A stretch of 64,000 nucleotides of DNA from an uncultured Spirochaetota bacterium (GTDB lineage: Bacteria > Spirochaetota > Spirochaetia > SZUA-6 > Fen-1364). The translations under genes were made by a program, and so were the position numbers. The stretch covers positions 64,001 to 128,000 of the forward strand of contig CAWJSK010000019.1 of NCBI GenBank assembly GCA_963845535.1, in the 5' to 3' direction. Positions 11,901-19,219 of the stretch are shown in pieces. The number at the start of each line of letters is the position of its first letter. Position 1 is the stretch's first letter. Under the pieces are notes generated by a model. It saw nothing but the letters and a program-made list of their open reading frames with translations, had not been told where the DNA came from and searched no databases.

Positions 11901-14647
11901 GCTTGACGCAGACTGGGGGAACCATCACTGCCAATGTGGACCTCATTACCTCGAGCGGCAACGTTGCAATAACCGGTGGAACTTTTAATCAAGGTTCCTC
12001 CACTCTCACCATGGATACAGGCGCAACAACCGTACAGGTTCTTACGCCGAGCCAGCTTGCCAATCTCACAATCGGTGTCGCCGGCTCTGGAGCAGTGAGC
12101 ATAAGCACCGATGACCTGACGCTCTCCGGCAACCTGGACATCATCTCTTCGTGGACATTCAATACGAACGCCTTGAACCTCACGGTCGGTGGGGCGGCGA
12201 CAGTCTCCGGAACGCTCAATGGGTCAAACGGCAAGCTCGTCTCAGTGACCGGAGATACCACCTGCTCGGGCACCATCAACCTTCTGAACGGCAACTATAC
12301 GACGAACAACATGAATCTGTCGGGATCGTTGATCGCATCGGGCTCTGAAACCATTACGGTGAACGGCGGCTGGAACCGAAACGGAGGCACTTTCACTCCG
12401 GTGACATCCACGGTTCAGTTCGCGGGCGCAGGCACCATCACGGGCACGGCCGGAACCGAGACATTCTATAACCTCGTGAAGAGCGGTATCGGCACCACAA
12501 CGAACTTCACAGCGAACCTCGTCATCATCAGCAGCCTGACTTTAAGCAGCGGCACACTTCAGGACTTCGGCGCCGCTACATATACCATAACCATGGGCAA
12601 CCAGCTGGGAAGCCCCGCAACCGTGACCTGGGACAGCTCCGGCGGCGGGGTATTCTCCCCTGGGGCAGGTACCGTGTATTTCTACAATCAGAAGATCCTC
12701 GTCAACGGGACCAATACCTTTTCCACCTTCTGGGCTGACACCACAACCGCTGGCCATGCCATTACGATCTCGTTCCAGCAGGCGACGACCCAGACGGTGA
12801 ACACCACCCTCCATGTTCTCGGAACTGCCGCAAATGCGGTCACGCTTATGAGCGCGGCCCAGGCTCTCCTCTATAGCGTGCCGCCGCCCAATGACGCCAG
12901 CTTGACGCCACATATAGCTCCCAATCCGCCCACGTGGAACCAGCAGTGGTACATCAGCGTTCCAGGAGCTGCCACGATTGACTGGGTCATCGTCCAGCTC
13001 AGCTGGGCCAGCACCACATCCATCACTCCAGGCCCGAATTGCACGAACGATGGGTATAACGATAACTGGTTCTTTACTATTCCAGTGATTGCCAGCTGGA
13101 CGATAGACAAAAACAACAATAGTCGAATCGACACCCTTCGAGTCCAGGTGAAACAAGGAACCACGCTTGGTGGCTCGTTCAACGGAATAGTTGTCAAGGT
13201 GGACGGATACGGCACGGTTTCGGGAGCCGCCAACTTCAGCCTTCCCGCGGGAAATACGGACGTTTTTGACGTCACACTCCCGGAGGGATCATTTGAGGAC
13301 ACAAGCGCGACTCCGACCTGGCAGATACTTTCCAATACTACTCTTATTGGGACAGTTGGCGGTGCCTTGGTGGAACACAACACTGCCACTTCAACGAAAG
13401 TATACACAGCATCCAAGGGCGCCAGACCTGTCATTACATATACTCTTGCCGCCTTGAGTTCAACTCAAGCCTACATTCACTTCTCGGAGCTTGTGTTCGG
13501 AAATGCGGCCCTCGGCGCTTCGATCAGCGCAATTAGCTTCATTTACTCAGGCGGGGGACTGACGGCAGTGCGGCCGGTGGAGACAAGCGGGAGCGGCGCA
13601 CACGGTGCCGTCATTACGTTCACAACCCCACTTGCGGTCAATGACATCCTTGCTGGCGCGCAAAACATCCAGGCAGCTCCCGGGGCAATCTGGGGCGCAC
13701 CTGCCAGCGTGGACCCGGCTCCATATCCAAACGCAATTGCTGACAAGAATCTGGCTCCAAACGCAAATCGCTCAATGTTGAACGCGACGGCCACGGCCTT
13801 CGGACCCGCTGTGCAGGTTCACAACATCTCCGACGTGGGCATCGGCTTTATCACCCCTGTGCTTGCCGAGGACCAGAGCATCATACGCGATCCGACACGG
13901 GGCGGGATTGGCCTTGTGACTGTTTTCGACGGGTCCAAGTGGTTGCCTCCTCAAAATGTTTTCCTTGAGGCGCGAATTTCACCGCAGGTTTTGGGTGTCG
14001 TGCCCGTTCCCGCCGTCACTTTGTATTGGGACATCAACCCGCCTTCCACATATGACTTCAACAACCTCTGGCTCCCGACCGGGGCCAGCACCCTGTGGTG
14101 GGCCGGCTACCTAAACGGTGATCGCGCGCACCCCGCCGACCCGCAAGCGACTTTGGTCCCGTCGTCTGCTTCGAACGCGGGCCTTCGCGATTTCATCATT
14201 CAAGCGAACAACCCGGCAATCAAGGATGGGGCGCTGTTCCAGTTCATGTTCCTTCTCAACGATGGAGCCGGCCACACCCTGCCCTGTGCTTTCCCGGCGG
14301 ACCCCGCAAATCCTGCCAATGTGAGGCCATTCGAATACATGCTGCATTCCGTAGTCCAGCAGCGCGGCGGGGTCACGATAACAAACAACGTCATCCACCC
14401 CGCAAACGGCGAGAGTGCTTACCTGCACTACACGGTAAACGCTCCGGGACCCGTGACGATCATGGTGTTCGACCTCAGCGGAAGCATTGTGAACGTCTTG
14501 CAAAGAGGCACGCAGTCTTCGGGAGAGTACACAACCGCTTGGGACGGCAAGAACCGCGGTGGGCGCGCAGTAGCTCGGGGAATCTACTTCATCAGGGTCG
14601 TGGGACCGGGATTCGATGAAATCCGCAAGGTGCTGGTTGTAAGATAG
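5918..14647 (+). CDS. Giant (2909 aa) secreted Thr/Gly-rich beta-strand-repeat surface protein with C-terminal FlgD-Ig/T9SS-type-A-like domain
   Basis: TTG start after GGAGAGGG; signal peptide; W-x-W-NW-P cap motifs; internal repeats; ends VTIMVFDLSGSIVNVL...WDGKNRGGRAVARGIYFIRV...IRKVLVVR. Confidence 0.85.
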   Translation: MARVLRTPVLITLFVCSSLPIFAIAYNWTNNAGLGDFLWTTTTNWAPNGTPGNGDSVTISNGDTVKLNTLSGSTGNLVQLVVSGGSGINGTNNAGTAAAAQLLGVRTTVTLSGTGTIGATITMQATAATTFTCSISNFNALFKVSNAITVTLGGPATLAGGSIQFSLGTLTTNNFDISLGGNWSFAGATAFNVGTSTVTFSGPGAQTVDTGGFPFASLTKSGSSTLSVLNNQLTVTGTLTTSTATDVVDMGTQNFNLGALSNTGTIALDGIQPTQTITAMDTAKGTVNYYGTLAGTIPLLLHTFYNLTISGGGPRVFSLNYLATFVNNLLTITSGSTLTMGTFAGAGPNTVILTVGTAPTSGSLAVTGTLDCTGVAPTSTTGGAYLILVNGTTTINTGGDIKTGNNTLYLSDANGLGGSLVMAGGTLDFHLATNTANTTIGTGAISGTGIINASGQGTIRPQGNVTLTGLTYTPGQTRLTFAGGTSGSPLVFTPGTASVDSIRIGSGTLAVGSVVKVSGATLNLTGNVSSNGAISCGSNAGGVTSSLDVTGVTVTVGAAQAGGGDVDFTVAPGAALSTFISTGSTFIFSGTNAQALNSNSLSFNNLQVGATGALTLSASITLTGDLSNNLGGSLNTTANSTTVTFAPTGLSTAYNVLHPGLSASPAAMISGTNTFFNFTCNTVPGATLYFTSGNTTTVNNAWTIAGTSGNLVSLLSSNFGSQWTISIAGTSSVSYAYVQDSSVSGANNISPTTSTNAGNNKTAVAPRWIFSAGSLTWVGATSNNWNVASNWDLGYIPGPQDNVTISGSNPAKLFSAVSVSSILITTGTLDLSNFNLPLLTSSGAAGSFTLQAGGTLLLDGGQATLTFGSAPVLSGTVEYYGTGTTGLILGNTYVNLEFANAGTWTLNAPLSVTGTFSYPSGSPKVKLSGNNMTVGGSLTAPGTLDASGGGNVTAAGNVDFTGGTFTSGAGAFIFDGTSTLTTAGNPFSNVQIGTATVGGSLALADNLTLTGTLTFQTGGATTLNVGNVTVTLGPAALNMTNLTTFTTGGSSTFVFDGTTSLTSATKVFNNIEIGNTTTAGSLTLAGNLTLTGAITVGTFAGSVFNVGGFTVTVGGNVTLTNLVPANFTSAGSTFIFDGTSTLTTAGGTFSNVQIGTATVGGSLALADNLTLTGTLTFQTGGATTLNVGNVTVTLGPAALNMTNLTTFTTGGSSTFVFDGTTSLTSATKVFNNIEIGNTTTAGSLTLVDNLTLTGAISIGTTAGSTFVVTNRTVTVGGNVTLTNLVPANFTSAGSTFIFDGTSTLTTAGGTFNNVQIGTATVGGSLALADNLTLTGTLTFQTGGATTLNVGNVTVTLGPAALNMTNLTTFTTGGSSTFVFDGTTSLTSATKVFNNIEIGNTTTAGSLTLVDNLTLTGAISIGTTAGSTFVVTNRTVTVGGNVTFTASLTAFTSGGSTFIFDGSSTLTTAGGTFSNVQIGTATVGGSLALADNLTLTGTLTFQTGGATTLNVGNVTVTLGPAALNMTNLTTFTTGGSSTFVFDGTTSLTSATKVFNNIEIGNTTTAGSLTLAGNLTLTGAITVGTFAGSVFNVGGFTVTVGGNVMLTNLVPANFTSAGSTFIFDGTSTLTTAGGTFNNIEIGNTTTAGSLTLVDNLTLTGAISIGTTAGSTFVVTNRTVTVGGNVTLTNLVPANFTSAGSTFIFDGTSTLTTAGGTFNNVQIGTATVGGSLALADNLTLTGTLTFQTGGATTLNVGNVTVTLGPAALNMTNLTTFTTGGSSTFVFDGTTSLTSATKVFNNIEIGNTTTAGSLTLVDNLTLTGAISIGTTAGSTFVVTNRTVTVGGNVTFTASLTAFTSGGSTFIFDGTTTLASTGKTFNNIQVGTATLAAAVTLGDNAALANASGVLSMTQGALDLNGHTLVLGTALNMNSATVAQITVGTGTLDGTTNGRAITISSAQATITQTAGTLKAPSLTVSNGTYTQTGALAGTVTLGTGGLTQTGGTITANVDLITSSGNVAITGGTFNQGSSTLTMDTGATTVQVLTPSQLANLTIGVAGSGAVSISTDDLTLSGNLDIISSWTFNTNALNLTVGGAATVSGTLNGSNGKLVSVTGDTTCSGTINLLNGNYTTNNMNLSGSLIASGSETITVNGGWNRNGGTFTPVTSTVQFAGAGTITGTAGTETFYNLVKSGIGTTTNFTANLVIISSLTLSSGTLQDFGAATYTITMGNQLGSPATVTWDSSGGGVFSPGAGTVYFYNQKILVNGTNTFSTFWADTTTAGHAITISFQQATTQTVNTTLHVLGTAANAVTLMSAAQALLYSVPPPNDASLTPHIAPNPPTWNQQWYISVPGAATIDWVIVQLSWASTTSITPGPNCTNDGYNDNWFFTIPVIASWTIDKNNNSRIDTLRVQVKQGTTLGGSFNGIVVKVDGYGTVSGAANFSLPAGNTDVFDVTLPEGSFEDTSATPTWQILSNTTLIGTVGGALVEHNTATSTKVYTASKGARPVITYTLAALSSTQAYIHFSELVFGNAALGASISAISFIYSGGGLTAVRPVETSGSGAHGAVITFTTPLAVNDILAGAQNIQAAPGAIWGAPASVDPAPYPNAIADKNLAPNANRSMLNATATAFGPAVQVHNISDVGIGFITPVLAEDQSIIRDPTRGGIGLVTVFDGSKWLPPQNVFLEARISPQVLGVVPVPAVTLYWDINPPSTYDFNNLWLPTGASTLWWAGYLNGDRAHPADPQATLVPSSASNAGLRDFIIQANNPAIKDGALFQFMFLLNDGAGHTLPCAFPADPANPANVRPFEYMLHSVVQQRGGVTITNNVIHPANGESAYLHYTVNAPGPVTIMVFDLSGSIVNVLQRGTQSSGEYTTAWDGKNRGGRAVARGIYFIRVVGPGFDEIRKVLVVR
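8831..11560 (+). repeat. Intragenic array of 11 near-identical ~81-aa (~243-bp) units plus a diverged 12th, mostly as 486-bp A+B pairs
   Basis: Units begin F(I/V)FDG; A starts at 8831 and 9317; near DNA identity between copies. Confidence 0.9.
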
Positions 14648-14675
14648 CCGCGGTCTGTGCCTTGAAACTTGCCTC

Positions 14676-14707
14676 GGATTCGGGTCACACTGCTTGTGAC
14701 CGGATCC
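14676..14707 (+). terminator. Stem-loop downstream of the giant gene
   Basis: GGATTCGGGTCACA-CTGCT-TGTGACCGGATCC; no clear U-tract. Confidence 0.4.
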
Positions 14708-14746
14708 TTGCGTGATACCCATCTTCTTGTCGAGAATGGGTGAGAG

Positions 14747-16156
14747 GTGTCGCCGCTGCGGCTGATCATCGGACATTCCAACATGGACCTCGATTGTCTT
14801 GGCTCCGTGGCGCTGGCGCGGCGGCTGTTTCCCGGCTCACGCGGGGTCCGAAGCCGCCTGATCCATCCCGTTGCGCGCAACCTTTACAATCTCTACGGCG
14901 AGCAGTTGGACCTCATATCGATCGAAGAGATCGGTGAGCAGCCAGTCGAACAGATCGTCGTAGTCGATACGCGGTCCTTTGGCAGGATCAAGGAATACCT
15001 GGGAGGGATCGATCCTCTGCCGGCTCAGATCGATGTCTTCGACCATCACCCCGCGGATTCCTCGGACATCCCCGGCGCGGTTATCCATGAGGGAAGCGTT
15101 GGCGCCAATACGACCCTTCTTGGATTGGAGGCAATGCGCCGCGGCATCCAGCTGACCCCTGAGGAGGCAACAATCGCCCTGACCGGCATTTACGCGGACA
15201 CAGGCAGCTTCACTCATGAGAACGTAGCGCTCGCGGATTTCGAGGTGGCGGGCTACCTCGTTTCCCAGGGAGCATCCGTCTCTTTGGTGAAGAGTTTTCT
15301 CCAGCCGCTGAAGGATGAGGCTCAAATATCGCTTTTCCACGAGATCCTCAACCGGCTCACCTACCAGACCCTGCACGGCCACCAGATCGTCACAACGTAC
15401 ATGGAGCTGGGTCAGCAGGTCGGCGGGCTTGCAGCCGTGGTGGAGAAGGTCTTCGAGGTGGAGAATCCCGACGCCATCTTCTCCGTGTTCTATTTCATGA
15501 AGGAAAGGGACTCGCTCATCATTGCCCGAAGCCAGCAGCATCGCATTGACCTTGGGCGGATACTCGCCGCCTTCGGAGGGGGAGGGCACTCCCAAGCCTC
15601 TTCCGCCCTGCTGAAGAATGAGCCGGGCCGCAAGACTTTCCATGCCCTGCAGGCCTACCTGAAAGCCATGCTGGACGAAGCGGCCACAGCGCGCTCGATC
15701 ATGAGAGACGATGTGCACGTGGCCCGGGATTCCTGGACGCTGCGGGAAGCTTCCGAGTTCCTGGAGAGGGTGGACCGCACGGGGGCGCCTGTCGTGGACG
15801 GCACGGGGCGGCTCTGCGGATTCCTCACTCTGCGCGACATCAGCAAGGGCCGCAGCGCCGGCAAGATGACAGCGCCGGTGCGCGCGTACATGACGCGCAA
15901 AGTGATCAGCGCCACTGCGTGCACCACGCTGAGAGAGTTGGAGCACATCTTTTTCTCCCACACGATATTCTCGCTTCCCATCGTTGAGGATGGGAAAGTT
16001 GCCGGGCTTGTCACTCGCGCGGATTACCTCAAGGCGCGCATGGGTGAAGAAGGCGCGGCGTCCTTGCCAACCCCCGGTGGGACGTTTCCAGCAGCCCCGC
16101 CAACCCCCGGCGGGACGTCTCCCGCAGCACCGTTTGCCCCGTCCGTCCAGGCATGA
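14747..16156 (+). CDS. DHH/DHHA1 phosphoesterase with a C-terminal CBS pair
   Basis: HSNMDLDCLGS, VVVDT, FDHH, GIYADTGSF, GGGGH motifs followed by two CBS domains. Confidence 0.85.
   Translation: MSPLRLIIGHSNMDLDCLGSVALARRLFPGSRGVRSRLIHPVARNLYNLYGEQLDLISIEEIGEQPVEQIVVVDTRSFGRIKEYLGGIDPLPAQIDVFDHHPADSSDIPGAVIHEGSVGANTTLLGLEAMRRGIQLTPEEATIALTGIYADTGSFTHENVALADFEVAGYLVSQGASVSLVKSFLQPLKDEAQISLFHEILNRLTYQTLHGHQIVTTYMELGQQVGGLAAVVEKVFEVENPDAIFSVFYFMKERDSLIIARSQQHRIDLGRILAAFGGGGHSQASSALLKNEPGRKTFHALQAYLKAMLDEAATARSIMRDDVHVARDSWTLREASEFLERVDRTGAPVVDGTGRLCGFLTLRDISKGRSAGKMTAPVRAYMTRKVISATACTTLRELEHIFFSHTIFSLPIVEDGKVAGLVTRADYLKARMGEEGAASLPTPGGTFPAAPPTPGGTSPAAPFAPSVQA
16066..16131 (+). repeat. 33-bp imperfect tandem duplication in the Pro-rich tail
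   Basis: Encodes PTPGGTFPAAP / PTPGGTSPAAP. Confidence 0.8.
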
Positions 16157-17018
16157 CGATGAGGCCGCCTTCTTCGATTCCCGAGCTCGTTGGCAACCAG
16201 GCATGCAGGCTTGGCGTTGGTCCCTTCTGGCAGCCAGCGTCCGGTCTCTTGTACTGGACGGATGCATACGAAAGCGCGCTGTATTCCTACGACCCCGCTG
16301 CTTCAAAGGCAGCCAAAGTAGCCACGGGTGAGAAGGTGCTCCAAGGCGTCCCGCGTGCAGACGGCAGCGTTCTTCTTTTGATGGCTGACGGAATGCTGAA
16401 AGTCCTCGAAGGCGGCGTGCTGAGGCCTCTCGAGACGCGCTTGTCATGGAGCCCCGGGGCCCAGCTCGACGCCGTGACGGTGGACCGGCAAGGCCGTCTG
16501 CTGTACGCAGCGCGATCAGCAGCGGCCAGATCAGCAAACCTTTACCGGGTGAGCGCTGGGGGGACCGAGGAAGTGTTGACGGGCCTTGGCAGGCCAAGCG
16601 GGCTTGGCTTTGATCCGGGTGGAGGCTTCCTGTACTGCTCCAACGCTGCCAGCCGGGAGATCATGCGATTTGCGTGTGACAGTGAACCGGCGCGTTTGCC
16701 GGCCGGGAGGCAATCTTTCAGGTGCCGGAGTCCCTGGGCGTCCCACACGGTATTGCCGTTGACGCGAAAGGCTTCCTCTGGGTTGCAGTCTGGGGCGGAA
16801 GCTGCGTGCTGCGGCTGTCTCCTGCCGGTAAGGAAGACCAGCGGGCGTACTTCACCACGAAGCTCCTCAGCGGGATTGCATTCGGCGGGCAAGACTTGCG
16901 GGACCTGTATGTCATCTCTTCCGGAGCGGATGATCGAAAAGCAAACGGGCCTGGCGCAGGGGCCTTGTATCGGCTGCACCCGGGGGCCAAGGGCGCCCCG
17001 TCATCGCTCCTCCCGTAG
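16153..17018 (+). CDS. SMP-30/gluconolactonase/LRE family beta-propeller (frameshift ~16700)
   Basis: LGVGPFW...LYWTD; GLGF...LY; GVPHGIAVDAKGFLWVAVWGG; IAFGGQDLRDLYVIS. Canonical Glu/Asp ligands appear substituted. Confidence 0.75.
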
Positions 17019-17100
17019 ACGCTTCCCAACATCTCTACGGATCTCCTTGCCCCGCTTGCCTCAAGGAGAGGCCCTCCTTCACAGAGAGGCCGTGCATCAC

Positions 17101-17129
17101 TTGACTCTGAGGCCGGTGGCCGCTATGAT
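17101..17129 (+). promoter_or_regulatory. Sigma70-type promoter
   Basis: TTGACT-17 nt-TATGAT. Confidence 0.7.
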
Positions 17130-17161
17130 GCGGCCACTTCTGTTTCGTTTGGGGTGAATGA

Positions 17162-17401
17162 ATGGCAAAAAGCCACCGTGGAAAGGGTTTGAAGGGTCAA
17201 GTGCGGCAGGGCAGGGGCCTCTGCCCGCTTTGCAAGCGGACGGCTGTCAAAGTCGTCTATGAAGCGCAGGTGAAAGACAAGACAATCAAGGTCTGCAAGA
17301 CCTGCAAGGCCGCGCTGAGCCATGGCAAGTACCAGGCGGAAGCGGAGGCCTTTGTCGGCGCAGCCGCTGCTGCCGCTCCCGCGGCCCCTGCGGCCACATA
17401 A
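17162..17401 (+). CDS. Small basic CxxC...CxxC protein (resembles a conserved spirochaete hypothetical)
   Basis: MAKSHRGKGLK...CPLCKRT...VCKTCK; strong promoter upstream. Confidence 0.75.
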   Translation: MAKSHRGKGLKGQVRQGRGLCPLCKRTAVKVVYEAQVKDKTIKVCKTCKAALSHGKYQAEAEAFVGAAAAAAPAAPAAT

Positions 17402-17425
17402 GGGGTTTCTCCGCGTTCCCTTGGA

Positions 17426-17848
17426 TTGAAAATGCCTGAGCCGGTGTTCGTTGCGCTTCTCATAGCGGACCGAGTCGTCACGGAGGATAACCAGAAAAAG
17501 GGGATCATCGGCACCTTTACGCAGTTCACGGTCCGACAGGTCCCCGCCGCCCTTCCCCCGTGGTTCATCTACGCCGCCGTAACCAACATCAGCGGCGAGC
17601 ATACGTTTTCCCTCAATCTGCTTTTTGACCGCAGCCAGCAGGTGATCTTCTCCGCGGGCGGGAAGGTTTCCGTGGACGACCCGCGTCGGGTGGTCGAGCT
17701 GGTCATCCAGGTGCCCAATGTCGTCTTCCCGGATGAGGGCACGTACAACATTTCCTTCCATATAGATGCGGATCTTATTGCGACCCGCATCCTGGATGTC
17801 GTGAAAGCCCCAGAGCAGCGGCCCGTTGTTCCCGGTCAGCCCGGGTAG
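17426..17848 (+). CDS. DUF6941-like beta-sandwich protein
   Basis: LLIADRVVTEDNQKKGIIGTF...VVFPDEGTY. Confidence 0.6.
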   Translation: MKMPEPVFVALLIADRVVTEDNQKKGIIGTFTQFTVRQVPAALPPWFIYAAVTNISGEHTFSLNLLFDRSQQVIFSAGGKVSVDDPRRVVELVIQVPNVVFPDEGTYNISFHIDADLIATRILDVVKAPEQRPVVPGQPG

Positions 17849-17873
17849 CGCGCACTCGACCAGATGCGACCGG

Positions 17874-19190
17874 TCAGCCCGGGTAGCAGGCGTCCTTGAA
17901 CTTGCAGCTCCTGGCGCAGTGGTGGCGCCGGCGCTCAAGCTCCGCGGGGTATGCTTCGAGGTCAATGCTCAGCCGCGCCACTCCTGACGCCATGGCCGCC
18001 CTGGCAACCGCCGGCGCTTCCCAGAACAGCACCCGGGTGTCCAGCGGCGTCGGGATGAGGTAATCCTCCCCGAACCCCAGGGATGATCTTCCGTACGCCT
18101 CCAGCACGCATTCCGGCACTCCTTCATGGGCAAGGGCGGCAAGGGACTTTGCCGCGGCGAGCTTCATTTCTTCATTGATCGCCCGCGCGCGTACGTCCAG
18201 CGCGCCTCGGAAGATGAAAGGAAACCCGAGCAGGTTGTTGATCTGGTTCGGGTAGTCGCTTCGTCCCGTGCCAATAATCACGTCCTTGCGCGTTTCCTTG
18301 GCCAGCTCATAGCGGATCTCAGGGTCCGGGTTTGCGCAGGCAAACACCACGGGTCGCTCCGCCATGGAGCGAAGCATGGCAGGGGAGAGCACGTCCTTGC
18401 CTGACAGGCCAAGAAACATGTCCGCGCCGCGAACGGCGTCAGCAAGGGTCCGTTCATCCGTTGCGGCGGCGAAGCGCGCTTTATAGGCGTTCATGTTTTC
18501 CCGCCGGCCCGCGTGGACCACGCCCTTGGTGTCCACAAGGCGCATGTTTTCCCGGCGCGCCCCCATGGTGACGTAGAACTCCGAGCAGGCAATTGCCGCC
18601 GCCCCCGCTCCGCTCACCACGATCTTGATGTCGCCAATGCGCTTGCCCGACAGCTCCAGCGCGTTCATGAGCGCGGCGCCCGTGATGATTGCCGTCCCGT
18701 GCTGGTCGTCGTGGAACACGGGGATGTCAAGCGCTTCCTTGAGCCGCCTCTCCACCTCGAAGCACTCCGGCGCCTTGATGTCCTCCAGGTTGATTCCGCC
18801 GAACGTCGGCGCCATGGCCCGGACGGCGCTCACCATCTGGTCCACGCTGGGGGCGTCCAGCTCGATGTCGAAAACGTCGACATCGGCAAACCTCTTGAAG
18901 AGAATCCCTTTGCCCTCCATCACGGGCTTGGAGGCAAGCGGGCCGCGGTTGCCCAGTCCGAGGATGGCGCTCCCGTTGGTGATCACGCCAACCAGGTTTG
19001 CCCGCGACGTGTATTCGTAGGCGGCTTCAGGTGAGCGCTCGATTGCCTCCACCACCGCCGCCACCCCCGGCGTGTAGGCAAGGGCAAGGTCGCGCTGCGT
19101 GGAAAGCCCCTTGGTGGGAACTACCTCTATCTTGCCGGGACGCCCCGCCTTGTGATACTCGAAGACGTCCCGCGGGGAAACTGGGTCCAT
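17874..19190 (-). CDS. NAD(P)-dependent malic enzyme, MaeB-like but lacking the PTA domain
   Basis: LAYTPGVA, KPVMEGKG, INLEDI, FHDDQHGT, GAGAA, ANPDPE, TGRSDYPNQINN. Confidence 0.92.
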   Translation of the reverse strand: MDPVSPRDVFEYHKAGRPGKIEVVPTKGLSTQRDLALAYTPGVAAVVEAIERSPEAAYEYTSRANLVGVITNGSAILGLGNRGPLASKPVMEGKGILFKRFADVDVFDIELDAPSVDQMVSAVRAMAPTFGGINLEDIKAPECFEVERRLKEALDIPVFHDDQHGTAIITGAALMNALELSGKRIGDIKIVVSGAGAAAIACSEFYVTMGARRENMRLVDTKGVVHAGRRENMNAYKARFAAATDERTLADAVRGADMFLGLSGKDVLSPAMLRSMAERPVVFACANPDPEIRYELAKETRKDVIIGTGRSDYPNQINNLLGFPFIFRGALDVRARAINEEMKLAAAKSLAALAHEGVPECVLEAYGRSSLGFGEDYLIPTPLDTRVLFWEAPAVARAAMASGVARLSIDLEAYPAELERRRHHCARSCKFKDACYPG

Positions 19191-19219
19191 TCCATCACTC
19201 CCTCTGCTGTCCTTGCGCG

